A DNA stretch of 63,797 nt, filler included, from Lenisia limosa (Eukaryota; Protista; Breviatea), in NCBI GenBank assembly GCA_001655205.1. It is 19 parts of 19 records of this genome, joined end to end, with 100 filler letters (N's around TTAATTAATTAA, not from the genome) between each part and the next. Parts side by side here need not be neighbours in the genome. Positions count along the whole stretch, not along the records: positions 37,517 to 40,666 come from LPNZ01000420.1; positions 40,767 to 43,980 come from LPNZ01007959.1; positions 44,081 to 47,302 come from LPNZ01005734.1; positions 47,403 to 49,925 come from LPNZ01003835.1; positions 50,026 to 56,427 come from LPNZ01000107.1; 14 more parts are not named here. One strand, written 5' to 3'. The notes below the pieces were generated by a model. The model had not been told where the DNA came from. It made no database searches and saw only the letters and a program-made list of their open reading frames with translations. Of the stretch, positions 38,931-51,809 are shown one piece after another. Within the stretch, counting starts at the first letter, position 1. Every line of letters begins with the position of its first letter. A program made the translations under genes and the position numbers.

Positions 38931-39189
38931 TGTTTTAAATGTATGTGGGGTTCTTGCTCTTGGGTACTCAGTATGTGAAGCTGTTCTCAAGAGAGAAATA
39001 CGGCCCTCCCCCTCCCTCGTATCCCTTCCTCTAATATTTCAGAATTCTGATCTGATGCTTCCGATTTCGATTTCGCTCAATTTTGATGGTGTAGTATTTA
39101 TTTGTAATAGTAATATGGATTTGGAAAGTGTTTCTGACAAATGGTACAAATCTCAATAAAAATACAAGAAAAAACACACATAGAAACCT

Positions 39190-40584
39190 AATTAAGAACT
39201 TGGTGCAGAGACCTTTATACGATAGTTGTCCAACTCCCTGAAATTGGTCACGAACAGCAAAACACCAAAAAACAAAACATAATCCCCAGTCAGTTGACAA
39301 GGTATGCCGTAGCCCGTATTACTTAACTTCATTTTTTTCTATGTACCTCCCCCTCACTTGCCCAAATGGCCTTCCTCCTCCATTGCCAAGTAGCCTTGCT
39401 GTTTCGAAAGCACCGTCTAAATGTATAAGAAACTGGGGAGTGGGGCGTAAAATTGGAAAATATGAAACAAAAAAGCCCGAATCTTCAAAAATGAAAGTAA
39501 TCGGAGGGGCAAAAGTAATCAAAAAGCAAAAAAGGAAGAAAAAATCGTCTGTGATCTCTAAGGAAAGAGATGATTGCCTACCGCAGCAATTTCTTTGCCC
39601 TGGGCAATCTTAGCTTCAAGATCAAGCAGATCCGGGGTGATTGGTCTGGTGCGTGAGGGAAGACAATTAGCTATATAAAAAAAAAACGTGGAGAAGCATG
39701 TTCAAATATCACAGTGTTGCATGGTGGTAACAAACAGTTTGGTGTAAACTCAGTCATAAGCTATCCTATTCCAACTCAATTTAACCCCGCTCATATTCGT
39801 CGTCAAAAAGCTCTTAGTCCCCCCCACCGTACACCCTCCTCTTCCAGTTCCTTGGCCATGTCATCCCAAACTTCAGCGTACGACAAGTCCACGTGATGCT
39901 CAACCTGAAGACAATAAGAACTGAAAAAGCACTATCTGAACAGTTCTTCACAAAAAAAACGTATTAAGTGTCACAATTATCATCTATTTAGATAACTTCA
40001 CCTAATAACAGCCACATTTAAACCTCTTCCCACCTCCACCTGCAGCCATAATTCCAACCCCTCACACCTCCAATAGCAGGGCCATTTCGCTCGGGCTAAG
40101 TCCGATATGAGTCTCGGGGTCGAATCCCATTTCCAGCAAAATGCTGTGGATCTTCAACTATGGACATGAGAAACGAGTTCACTGATAATGGTTTACTGAG
40201 AATGACGTTGTGATTGTTCTACCTTACCCCCCACTCTGATGTCCTCCTGTATGGCCTGTTCGACAATGGTGGATGAGGCAAAGTGGTCCGCTCCACTCAG
40301 CGATTCCGGCGAAATGTTGTTGGAGAGCTAAGGTGGTGATGGAGAGCTATGCGGTAAACATGCTGCGGTTATATGAGTGTTAGCTCATCCATCAGGTAAT
40401 GTTTCGATACAACGCTCGAATACTATCGAAAACTCAGGATAGCGAGAGAACCCGGAATCCTTTAGCACCCCACGAGCCTTCTTAAGCAACTTCAGCCCAC
40501 CTGGTCAGTCCATATTCGCAGAAGAACGTTAACGGTCCGACGGCCATCCTCGCGCGATACCCATTCTTGAAGCGCTTCGGTCGC
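39190..40584 (-). CDS. CFAP69-like (cilia/flagella-associated) protein, C-terminal fragment
   Basis: Spliced exons give LKIHSILLEMGFD...GLSPSEMALLLEVEHHVDLSYAEVWDDMAKELEEEGVRPITPDLLDLE, which resembles my recollection of the CFAP69 C-terminus (GFEDLPGLSAED...EIWNEI..E..LRPVTTD). Needs confirmation by search. Confidence 0.55.
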
Positions 40585-40802
40585 CTATAGGGGGGTAAGT
40601 TAGGGAAGGATGTTTGAGGGGGGGTAAAATTGGAAATTTTCTGAAACAAAAAAGCCCAAATCAACTNNNNNNNNNNNNNNNNNNNNNNNNNNNNNNNNNN
40701 NNNNNNNNNNTTAATTAATTAANNNNNNNNNNNNNNNNNNNNNNNNNNNNNNNNNNNNNNNNNNNNAACACACGTATTATGTATCCTTACCATATAATAT
40801 AG

Positions 40803-41103
40803 GCTATTTTCCGCCTTCTTGTGTTCGTACCCCTCATCTGCGGTGCGATTCAGTCCTTCTCATGGCTCCTGTTTGACCTCAGGTGGGAAGCAAAACTTTG
40901 GGAGAATGTCGATATTTGCAGTCACTTCTAAATTTAACACCTTGGGGTCTCTACGTATCGATATTTTTTTCATACTTGTTATATACTATATGATATGTAT
41001 ATCGATATAAATATAACAAGTATGAGAGAAAATATACCAATATCGATGTAGATACTAATGGATTTCTTTGAATTTGTTGGAGGCGCGGAAACTGTTTGTG
41101 ATA
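40803..41103 (+). CDS. C-terminal exon(s) of an MFSD13A/TMEM180-like membrane protein
   Basis: Exon 40803-40882 encodes AIFRLLVFVPLICGAIQSFSWLLFDL, similar to the VPxxCxxxQxxxW terminal helix motif. Only a single short exon supports this. Confidence 0.45.
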
Positions 41104-41930
41104 CCTGAAAGGAAGGTCAGGAATGAAATTCGGTTCGAAAAAATACTACTAAAATGTAGTTTTCGAGGATTCATCGAGAAATTCAATCTTTTTTTCGAAC
41201 CGAAGTGAAGCCCTTGACTGCTTGTTGGTGGCATTTTTTACAGGGTGTTAAATTTATTTATTATAGTTGACGTGACTGTATGAAGCATAAGATGATTTGT
41301 CTAAAAATGTGGTGGCTGTTTAAAAAACGTCTGCAGTTTCAAAATTAACCGTTTTTAATTATGTTCATAAAAATGCCACTTTTATCACTCTTCATAGATT
41401 AACTACAGACACTGCCACCCCCTTTTTTTTGAGCCCTTAAGGGTAGAATCCCGATCTAAACATGACTCTTTAGATGATCTTGACCCCCTTGCTTAAGATA
41501 GGTACCCTCTTAGATTTGTTTCCCTTTCGTCTATGTCTTTCTAATATAGTTTTCTTTCGTAGTACTGGGGAGGAGGGCGCCGAGGAGTGTGGGTGCGGAA
41601 GCTTGGTAATTTATAGAAAAAGTCATATCATATTATATAGTATACTAATACATATTGCAATATAATGTGTAATATAAAATATTTTTGGCCCGACCCCATA
41701 AACCTATCATCCCTTTGGCCTCAGCCAATGACCTGAAACTTGTTTCTTAGTGTTTTAGATATTTGTCCATAACCAATGAGAAATCAATATCACGAATTTC
41801 TGATTGAAAAATATCTTAGCCATTTTTTTATTCCGCGCAGAAACTCGCTTTTTGTTAGCCGAATCCCTCCTAATAATACCCCCCCCCCCAAGCTCAACGT
41901 AAAACAAAATCCATGCAAAAGCGAGACGAA

Positions 41931-43980
41931 TTACTCCTCCTTCTTCTTGAGTGCGTTCATGGCGCGAAGCCTCTCAACAACGGTGGGATGGGAATGCTCA
42001 AACTTGAAAATAAGAGGGAACACGGGGAGGGGGGAGTAAACTTGGAAAATTTATGAAACAAAAAAAGCCCAAATCAACTATGTTGGCTGACAACACACGA
42101 GGGTTGATAACAACANNNNNNNNNNNNNNNNNNNNNNNNNNNNNNNNNNNNNNNNNNNNNNNNNNNNNNNNNNNNNNNNNNTTTATTTATTTTAAAATCA
42201 CCTTTGTTGTGATTGACATTGTCTGCGATTTGACTGAATTTTCCGATAAATATCGAGAAAATTTTTTTGGGACCAAAGGCAGGGTTTCACTTCGGTTCGA
42301 AAAAAGACTGAATTTCTCGATAAATCCTTGAAACTTTCGATATTTTACCGGTATTTTTCGACCAAGTGAAGCCCTATTCAATAGGGCAGCCCTACATACG
42401 ACAGAGTAAAGAGGGTCGTCACACAGAGAGCCGAGATTATCGGTGTGCAGCTTGATCAGGGCAGCGCCTAATGGAAGATCGCGCTCGGCTGCATAACGGT
42501 CGGCCTGAAATATTAGCGGTATTTTAATTGGGGAAACTCATGGACGGTTCACAAACAATATTGTTGGGCCTCCCTCCAAAAACAAATTTTACTCCCCCAC
42601 CCTCTCGTTTTTTTACATTATACCTCCCCCCCTTCAGATTATTCGGTTTTTACGCTAATAGTCTTCATCGACATTTCCTTCGTTTTACTCCTCTCAAGAC
42701 ACCCCTATGGCACCCATGCTTGCTTATCATATGAGATACCCTTAAAATTGAGTTGACAGTCTTTCAAGCGAGCACTCACGCCAATCAAAGACCACTTGTA
42801 CGACTTTGGTCTCCCCAGTTCGAGGACTTATCGAGAAATTCAGTCTTTTTTCGACCCGAAGTGAAGCCCTAACACCCCACCCCTAGTCACCTGAAACTCA
42901 AATTTGCGAGAGACGAAGTTGAAGACCAGGCTGATGATGATGGAGAGGGGGGAGAAGAGGATCGAGAACAGCATGAGAGAGACCATTATCTAAACGACTC
43001 AATTAAGAGGGATGATGACGGAGAGGTGGGAGAATTCGACTCCCTAATTCCTAGCCCTCCAATACACGGAAAAATGCAGACATGGCACACCCCCCTCCAA
43101 CAGGACCCCCCTCCAACAGGTAATCTCGACTCAAAGAAGAAGTCGACTCCAAGGGACTTAGAGGACTGAAAATTAAGACGGCGAAAACTAAACACATGCA
43201 GATACATAACCATACATAACCATACATATTATGATATGACATACTGTATTAACCCTATATCATGCGATAATACCTCGCACCCCAACACTTTAGGTTTTAT
43301 TATATATTATTAGTACTCGCATAATAGCAAAACTCATGTGGATTGTAGCATAATGGCATAACACATGTGGATTGTAGCATAATGGCATACATAACACATG
43401 TGGATTGTAGCATAATGGCATAACACATGTGGATTGTAGCATAATGGCAAAACACCTCCCCCCCCCTCCTGCATTAAATAATAACCCTCAGCTACCTGAA
43501 GGGTCGAGAAGGTCATGAAGAAGACGAGGAGTTGCAGCGACGACAGCATGATGTTGAAGTATAAATGTCCGTGAGACCAATGGCCGATTTCGTGACCTGG
43601 GGGGGGGGNNNNNNNNNNNNNNNNNNNNNNNNNNNNNNNNNNNNNNNNNNNNNNNNNNNNNNNNNNNNNNNNNNNNNNNNNNNNNNNNNNNNNNNNNNGT
43701 GTAATAGTGATTCACCCAATTATTTGCCTTACAGCCTCTGTGTACACAGATTTCTGCTTGCCTCCCCAGCATATTAGAGCTTCACTGTCGATTCCAAATA
43801 TCGAGGATTTATCAGGACTAAGTCTTTTTTGGAACCCCAGTGAAGCTCTACAGGAAATTGTAACTGTCAGGGCACCCTACCATTTTTGCTAACTGTCGTA
43901 ACAAAAATAGGAATCCCCCATACCAACAACAGCTGTCAACTCGTCAACAGAGACGTTTTCGACGAGGGTGTCGTAAAGCA
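41931..43980 (-). CDS. STE24: CAAX prenyl protease 1 (peptidase M48), C-terminal half
   Basis: LYDTLVE...LTAVVGHEIGHW (HExxH zinc motif), VSRKFEFQADRYA, ALIKLHTDNLG...DPLYSVFEHSHPTVVERLRAM, with a stop at 41931-41933. Confidence 0.92.
42282..42374. mobile_element. MITE family A copy in a STE24 intron, with an adjacent partial copy at ~42225-42280
   Basis: GGGTTTCACTTCGGTTCG...CCAAGTGAAGCCC|TA. Confidence 0.85.
43345..43450. repeat. ~29-bp tandem repeat x3-4 in a STE24 intron
   Basis: ATGTGGATTGTAGCATAATGGCATAACAC units. Confidence 0.9.
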
Positions 43981-44395
43981 NNNNNNNNNNNNNNNNNNNN
44001 NNNNNNNNNNNNNNNNNNNNNNNNTTAATTAATTAANNNNNNNNNNNNNNNNNNNNNNNNNNNNNNNNNNNNNNNNNNNNTTGCTCGCTGTGGCTTGATA
44101 TCCGTGGTTGTTAGTGATGACTATGTAATAGTAATTGTGTTGAACTGATATCTTGATGTTGACTTTATCGTTTCCTTTTCCCTATGTGATCAGAGCTTAT
44201 TATGTTGAACCTGTAGCCTACTCGTGTTCACTATCATTTGTGAAGTAACACGAATATTCATGTTCACTGTCACTCCCATTTGTGAACTAACACGTGTGTA
44301 GTGCCAATACCTCCCATGACCTCGATATACCCACTCAAAACGCGGTCATTCAGGAGTCCATGTATAGTATGAGGGGGGTTACTTTGTTTTTAGTA

Positions 44396-44492
44396 GGGCT
44401 TCCCTTGGGTCCCCAAAAAAGACTGAATCTCTCGAGAAAACCTCGATAAATATCGATATTTGACTGGTCTTTTTCGGACCGTAGGGAAGCCC
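44396..44492. mobile_element. MITE family A, subfamily with GGGCTTCCCTACGGTCC-type TIR
   Basis: TA|GGGCTTCCCTTGGGTCC...GGACCGTAGGGAAGCCC|TA, with the same internal core as the CACTTCGG subfamily. Confidence 0.88.
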
Positions 44493-44610
44493 TAGTTTTT
44501 AGTAACTTGTATACATCTTACAATCTCATCATAGTTCATTGAATATAGCGTATAATGATCATCATAATACCCCTTGTCTTTGCTTCAGCATCATAACAAC
44601 GATATCCCTC

Positions 44611-46561
44611 TCACACCCCCAGGCGGCCTTGCATCTTTCGTGCCCCGTGCGTTGGCTAGTTTACGCCAGGCCCTCGTGTCGCCCCAGCCTGCTATGCGGT
44701 CCAAGGTTCGTTGACTTCAATAAGCATGGCTGTTTTTCATAGATATATTGCATGGCTGTTTTTCACGGATATATTGCGTAGATGATATGGCATGGATATG
44801 GAGATGGAGTATGGCTTCATAAATTAATTTCAAACGTTGACGTGAGACATATTGCAATGAGAACGCCATTTCAGACCCTTTAATTTTATTAATTACCTCA
44901 AATATTAACTGTACGGCGTCTTCAATGGGAGAAGGTTGTCTCCACCATCATGTTTATGGGAGAAGGTTGTCTCCACCATCATGTTTAGTTGAATGGGGAA
45001 GCAGTAAGAAGCTAACAACACAGGTTCTCCAAGCAATACTAAATCTTATAGTATATTATAATATATCTTACCTTGTAGTATATTATATGATACTATTATA
45101 TACTTGATATAATTATATCATATTCATCATCAATAACACAAGTTCTCCAAGAAGAAGGAAGAAGCTAACAACACAGGTTCTCAGAGCCTTTAAGGACATC
45201 ATCCTAGCTGACGAGACCTTTGCTAATACAGAAGTGATGGCATCTTTGAGGCAGCGGCTCAATGACAGTGCGGCATCGGTGAGGCTTGGCTATTCTCCTT
45301 ATCACTATTTCTACTTTGTTGTTTCCAATTTCTGTTGGGTTGTTTTCACACACCCCCTTACCCCCCNNNNNNNNNNNNNNNNNNNNNNNNNNNNNNNNNN
45401 NNNNNNNNNNNNNNNNNNNNNNNNNNNNNNNNNNNNNNNNNNNNNNNNNNNNNNNNNNNNNNNNNNNNNNNNNNNNNNNNNNNNNNNNNNNNNNNNNNNN
45501 NNNNNNNNNNNNNNNNNNNNNNNNNNNNNNNNNNNNNNNNNNNNNNNNNNNNNNNNNNNNNNNNNNNNNNNNNNNNNNNNNNNNNNNNNNNNNNNNNNNN
45601 NNNNNNNNNNNNNNNNNNNNNNNNNNNNNATGGCAGATGACCCCTTCAAGGACGCCGGTATCTCAACCGATTGGATCATCAAAGCCGTCATAGAGAAGTC
45701 TAGGGTTGGCTGGATCATAGAGAAGCCTAGGGTTGGCTGGACCATAGAGAAGTTTAGGGTGGCCTTACCACGGGGTTTTCTATCAGCCTGCCACTCCCAT
45801 CCCACCAGCGGTTTCTTTTTTCATTAACGTTTTTTTTTTCAGTCATGTGNNNNNNNNNNNNNNNNNNNNNNNNNNNNNNNNNNNNNNNNNNNNNNNNNNN
45901 NNNNNNNNNNNNNNNNNNNNNNNNNNNNNNNNNNNNNNNNNNNNNNNNNNNNNNNNNNNNNNNNNNNNNNNNNNNNNNNNNNNNNNNNNNNNNNNNNNNN
46001 NNNNNNNNNNNNNNNNNNNNNNNNNNNNNNNNNNNNNNNNNNNNNNNNNNNNNNNNNNNNNNNNNNNNNNNNNNNNNNNNNNNNNNNNNNNNNNNNNNNN
46101 NNNNNNNNNNNNNNNGAGATCCTCTTCCATGTCCCCTACTACCCCGGATGTGGGCTTGGGTGATAGCAGTGTTCCAATTGGACCTTTTCAACGCCTTTTC
46201 TTGACCAGTGGAGGGTGTTGACAGCTTTAGATCAGCACCAGCTAATTGAGAACCTTGTTGAGCGTGTATCTGACCCTGAGGAGTCTGTGCAGGAGCAATC
46301 TAAGAAGGTTGGTAATTAGGTCTTCACTTTGGTTCGAAGAAGACTGAATTTCTCGATAAAACCTCGAAACTATCGATTTTTAATGATCTTTTTGGGACTG
46401 AAGTGAAGCCCTATTGGTGTTTGATCAGAACGCTGTAGTAAAATGTATCTCTTGAGAGGACGGAGTTTTTCTTCCCCTTACTATCTAGATTATTGAGGAG
46501 CTTTGGTTTACTGGAGAACCAGCTGCAAATGTTGAGACGTTGAGTCTCAGCCATCCTCCTT
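44611..46561 (+). CDS. NIPBL: Cohesin loader NIPBL/Scc2, internal HEAT-repeat fragment
   Basis: LASLRQALVSPQPAMRSK|VLRAFKDIILAD...LRQRLNDSAASV, then EILFHVPTTPD / HQLIENLVERVSDPEESVQEQSKK / IIEELWF. The order and pattern match Scc2 (AVRTKAMKCL...RLMDNSTSVRE...RRVNDEEGIKKLV..TFQKLWF). Confidence 0.72.
46319..46411. mobile_element. MITE family A copy
   Basis: TA|GGTCTTCACTTTGGTTCG...GACTGAAGTGAAGCCC|TA. Confidence 0.85.
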
Positions 46562-46999
46562 GGTAAGGAGTCGATACTCCCTATTTATGTGTTTTTTATA
46601 ATCTTAATTATTTTTTTTGTTTCAATATTCCATTTTTGTTACCCACATAACTATTTCCATTTTCACCCCCTCCCCCAGCAACAAAGCTGCCGCAATTGCG
46701 GAGCGCCAATCATCCGAAGCCATAGGCGATGTCCCCAGGAGAACGCCGTCTACCGTCTCGGTTGTCAAACTGAAGGTGGGGAGAGGTGGGGAGTCAGACG
46801 AAGGAAATATTGATGATGAATATATGGGCATAAAGGTACTCATCACGAACCGAATAATCTGAAACTCCAAACAAACAACAAACAAGAAAAAAAATAAGCA
46901 ATAACAAACACGAGCGAGACGCTTATACCACAACAAAAGGGTGGTGAAAATAGTGTACTTAAACACTTCCAATGAACCTTTGAAACAGAAATAATGGGC

Positions 47000-47130
47000 G
47001 TGTCTAAAAATGTGGTGGCTCTTTAAAAAACGTCTTAGTTGCAAAAATTAACCTTTTGTTTTGTATTTTCATAAAAATACCACTTTTATCACCTGTTAAT
47101 GATGCCACCCCCTTTTTATATGAGCCAAAT
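47000..47130. repeat. Dispersed repeat family H
   Basis: GTCTAAAAATGTGGTGGCT...CCACTTTTATCAC...GCCACCCCCTTTTT..GAGCC shared with ~41300-41437, and in reverse at ~47758-47830. Confidence 0.75.
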
Positions 47131-47666
47131 AATGTGCTTACACTTCAGCTGAAACTCTTGGGTCTTTTGCGCTGTAATTTGAGTCTCACGTCCCAGGTAT
47201 CGGAGGTGTCGACACTGCACTGCCGCCAACGGCTCGTCCAACTTCTCGAGGCAATTTCGGCGTCCCCAAGAACGGATTGGCTTATAGCAATGCTGGAGAA
47301 TGNNNNNNNNNNNNNNNNNNNNNNNNNNNNNNNNNNNNNNNNNNNNTTAATTAATTAANNNNNNNNNNNNNNNNNNNNNNNNNNNNNNNNNNNNNNNNNN
47401 NNGGCTTCACAACGGTCCGAAAAAGACCGTTTAAGTATTGATGTTTATCGAGGATTTATCGAGAAATTTTGTCTTTTTTGGGATCGTAGGGAAGCCCTAC
47501 TCCCAACCAACAAGCACCTCATAACCTCCCCCATTCCCCCTCCAAACAAAGCAAAAAAAAAGACAGCCCTCCCCCAACCAAGCATGAAAGCTGAGCCCAT
47601 AACACAGGAGCTCCTTCGGGAATGTTCTGAAGGGTCAGGGTCTGGAATAGTGTTGTGCTTACTATA

Positions 47667-47744
47667 CAGTGACCGGGATAAGTCTTGACCGATTTACTAT
47701 GTGATTTCCCAAGAAAAATCGGTCAAGACTTATCCTGGTCACTG
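47667..47744. mobile_element. MITE family B1, best copy (29-bp TIR, TA duplication; Tc1/mariner-like)
   Basis: TA|CAGTGACCGGGATAAGTCTTGACCGATTT...AAATCGGTCAAGACTTATCCTGGTCACTG|TA. Other copies or partials at ~7330, 17704, 19310, 33258 and 49238. Confidence 0.9.
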
Positions 47745-48009
47745 TATAGGGGTGGGGATGTTGGCTAAAAAGAGGGTGGCAACATCTGTAGTTAAGTAAA
47801 AAAGGGGGATAAAAGTGGTATTATTGATAAACAAACTGTAAAAGACCGGAAAAATATAGATAGTTTTCAAAAACTTATCGAATAAATTCAGTCTGTTATT
47901 GGAACGAAGTGAAGATCGATCCAGATTCCAGAAATAAAGAAAAAAACAAAACAGAAAAAACAGAACAATTTGCCAAACAATGCCCAATTTTGATGGATTC
48001 AAGATTTTA

Positions 48010-49705
48010 GCATATTATTGTCACCTGCATTCCAAATTCCAGCTTACCTTGATAAAGGGAATAGCGAACAGAAAAGCCTCAGGCGTTACAGAGCCCGTAA
48101 CAGAGTGCACCCTTCGTCCAACCTGATTTATTAAGAAATGGTTTTAAAAATGAAATATATCAATATTATCAATTGGTATTGTCCTATAATCCAAGCTGAA
48201 GTTTACTTCTTGGTCTAATCTGAGTCAGAAATGGTTTTTTAAAATAATATTATAGAATGTGCGTGTCATATGTACGTATGGCATGTGTTAGAAAGAAACG
48301 AGCACCCTTCTTCGGGTCTAATTAAACAATAAACAATAAACGGTTTGATTAATTTTAATACATTACAATGATACTATTATTCAATAATTCAATATTTTTG
48401 ATTAGCGTGATAGAGTGCACCCTTCGTCCAGAAAGGAATGTAATAATAAATGAAATATATCAAAAGCATGATGGTGTACAACCTTCGACCTGATTTAGTA
48501 ATAAAGGGTTTTAATGATTACAAATGTCTGCTTACATCATTGTGTACAGTAAAAAAGAGTTGGGGCTTCACTACGGCTCGTAAAAGAGCAAAATATTCAT
48601 ATTTATTGAGGATTTATCGAGAAATTCTGTCTTTTTTCGAACTGAAGTGAAGCCTTGATATAGAATGTAGTTCATACTTAGTGCTTCTCTTACGCTTCCA
48701 AAAGACTGATAAAATATCGATATTAATAGAGGATTTATCCAGGATTCAGTCTTTTTTTAACCAAAAGTAAAGCTCTTTACATACTTCCCCATATATCGAT
48801 AATTTTCGAGGATCTACGAGAAATATGCAGTCTTTATTCGAACCGAAGTGAAGCCTTACGTATACCCCCCACTTTGGCCAGATTGGCACGTAGGCCAGTC
48901 TCACGGTGCTGTGGGCATGCCTTCACTAAAAGGGAAACTACCTGGGGGTNNNNNNNNNNNNNNNNNNNNNNNNNNNNNNNNNNNNNNNNNNNNNNNNNNN
49001 NNNNNNNNNNNNNNNNNNNNNNNNNNNNNNNNNNNNNNNNNNNNNNNNNNNNNNNNNNNNNNNNNNNNNNNNNNNNNNNNNNNNNNNNNNNNNNNNNNNN
49101 NNNNNNNNNNNNNNNNNNNNNNNNNNNNGGTTCAGTACGCAAACTCGGCCCCGACTTAAGCGCGTCCTCCAAGCCAAAAAAACTTACTAGAAAGTGAATA
49201 CAATATCGTTTGTATAACTGTATATGATATACATATACAGTGACGGAGACGGCTTGACCGATTTGCTGTGTAATTTCGAAAAATAGGTCAAGACTTATCT
49301 CGGTCGCTCATATGTCTGATGAAATTGTCTGGAGATATTGACTGGAAAAGTGTATATCAATATGCTGTCTTTTTTGGACCGAAGTGAAAATATAACACTG
49401 ACGCGATGAGTCACGATTGATAAAAAAATTAAGCTCATGACCCTCATACCGTAGTATAAAAATTTAACAGCTATTATCTATCATAAATACGAAATAACAC
49501 CTTCAAGCAAACTAAGACTGAAGATCTATTTTATTATTCCAAGATAAAGTATTCAAGGCGAAAATTGCCTGCTTTGAGCACTCTAATTTGAATTACCATA
49601 CCCGCCCACGCCACACAGACGGCCGCATAGCGTCAGGCAGAGGGCTTCCGGCAAGAAAACGGGCAAACTGTCGTGTGTCGGCACCGGACCGGACTGCTCT
49701 CGTGG
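48010..49705 (-). CDS. Possible TBC/RabGAP-domain gene fragment
   Basis: Exon ...FLAGSPLPDAMRPSVWRG resembles the TBC N-terminal GIPxxLRxxVW motif. Further small exons VVSLLVKACPQHRETGLRANLAK and VGRRVHSVTGSVTPEAFLFAIPFIK. Confidence 0.35.
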
Positions 49706-50030
49706 CTAGGGAGGGGGAGTAAAAGGAAGGAAATTTCGAAGAAGTTGGGGGAGGGGGGAGTAAAATTGGAAAAGACCCCAAATCTACTGCTGGCTGAAAT
49801 TATAAAACAATAAAACAACAAAAAAAGCCCAGAATCAACTGTTGGGGAGGGATCAAAACGAAGGAAATTTCAATGAAGTGGGCTGGGTGTGGGATGACGA
49901 CATAGCCCCATCCCCTCATGTTAGANNNNNNNNNNNNNNNNNNNNNNNNNNNNNNNNNNNNNNNNNNNNTTAATTAATTAANNNNNNNNNNNNNNNNNNN
50001 NNNNNNNNNNNNNNNNNNNNNNNNNCCCCC

Positions 50031-50570
50031 ATACCGGGCTGGATCTCAGAGTTGTAGACCTTGGCGAAGAGCGAGACGTTGGTCCCGGCCTCAACGACAA
50101 TGTCGGATGTGGCCTGATACGGTCCGTTACCGGTGAGCGTGCAAATCAGAGCTGGCTCACTGTCACCATGGCGGAGGAACACGTTGATCATGTCCTGAGG
50201 GGTGAAGACCAACCATTGCTGAATAACACAAAAAAATTGTCTTGTACATTCAAAAAAAAAATCCACATGGGTGCGTTGTGTTCATTTGGTAAATCCTTTC
50301 TCCATAAAAAGCATAGTTTTGAAGGTGAGACACTGAAAACAGTTCCTTTTCTCATGAAACTGCAATATCCACTAACCTTGTACTCAGGAGGGCAGAGGAG
50401 GGCCATGTTGGTAATCTGGCATGGGAAAGGGATGATACTGGTGTAGTTGTAGCCGACACGAAGCTGGAGAGGGAGTGAGACGAGATCTAAAGCAAGACCC
50501 ATTCAGAAAACTGAGACCCCCCGCAAAAAAACATGTTCCTCACCTTCAAGCTGAAGAAACAAGATTCCAT
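50031..50570 (-). CDS. Nucleoplasmin-like (NPL) domain protein, N-terminal part
   Basis: MESCFFSLK...CQITNMALL...|DMINVFLRHGDSEPALICTLTGNGPYQATSDIVVEAGTNVSLFA resembles the NPL LCTL...Q..DL.F..G..V pattern. Truncated by a join. Confidence 0.5.
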
Positions 50571-51809
50571 GGTGCTCTAAAAGGAAAGGAAAGTTAGATT
50601 GTGAAAGACCCCCAATTGTATATCTTACCATTTCTTCCATTTTGATAGAATATAAGTTGATACAACACTAGTAACCAAAAAGACCGTCATTTTTCAAAAA
50701 AATTCACAAAAAGGACGATTGCGTGAACGCTCGGATATTGCGTTCTGTTTGCTTAATGACCTCCAACCAGCCCAGCCAGCCCAGCCAGCCTTCCAGCCAC
50801 CTTTCCCCTCTCAAACTTCAAATAAACTATAATAGAATAAAATTTCAAAGGGCAGGGGTCTAATCCAGGAAAGGTTGTAAAAATGTCGTCCAGGATCTGA
50901 GATTTGAAGGAATGTCGTTTGTGAAAGTTTGTATGGAATCCAGTGCTTCATTATTTAAGTGATTAAAGTATTTGATAATTAATTTAATACTCCTGGAGGG
51001 TAATGATTCTGAGATGAGTCCTTCCCGTCCGATAACCTTTTCAGCAACAGCGGTGCGTGCTGTGCGATTGCACATGCTACGCTGCCTCAGAAGTTTGCTT
51101 TGAGTGTACATGTGGACATACACAGGAAGGTTGGTTGATTATGGGCCCACTTTTCCTCCTCAAAATGTCTTTACCATTTACCTTTTTGTTTTGGAGTCTA
51201 AATCCCCACTGGTGCTATTGACCTTTGTAATCCAATACTCTTATAAGCGTGATGGTGTGAACGGTTTCGGCCAGATACAACCTTGTTTTTATTGCTCATT
51301 TCTATATACTATATAGACCTTTGGCTTTTGTGTGATAGGTCTTTTTTAAGATGCTCTCTGTTATTCACAATAGTGTTTTTATATTGCTCATGAGACATTT
51401 AACTTTTTTGTTTTGCTTTATTGAACAACAATGACAATTTAGCCCACGAACGATGTACCGCTGGAGGCTTAACAAAGCTCAAGGTAGGGCATGGTGTTGA
51501 GAACTTGGTTCCGTTGATCTTTTGACAAAGAATCTCATTTTGTTCAGTCACAGCAAGAGAAATGTCAATTTATCACATGCAACTGTACCAAAGCTCCGGT
51601 TGGCTATTAGTTTATCCCTTTTGGTCTTTTTGTTGATACCGAGTAAAATTGATACATTACTTTTTGAGTATCATAATGCTTTGTCTTATTGTTTAGGGCT
51701 CAAAAGACTGCAAATGTGACCATCTGGTATGAGGTTTAATGTGACAAACCTTTATCAATTTTTATTAGCCCTAAAGGGTAACGTGCCGATTGATCAACTT
51801 TACTCAACA

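Noticed and set aside
45234-46221. Long ORFs spanning N runs (also 27725-28654, 48834-49197 and others)
   Set aside because: Their length is produced by X codons from gaps.
29798-47302. Functional clustering of ABCG, TNPO1, SLC25, CFAP69-like, STE24 and NIPBL
   Set aside because: Most are separated by artificial joins and are truncated there, so adjacency carries no information.
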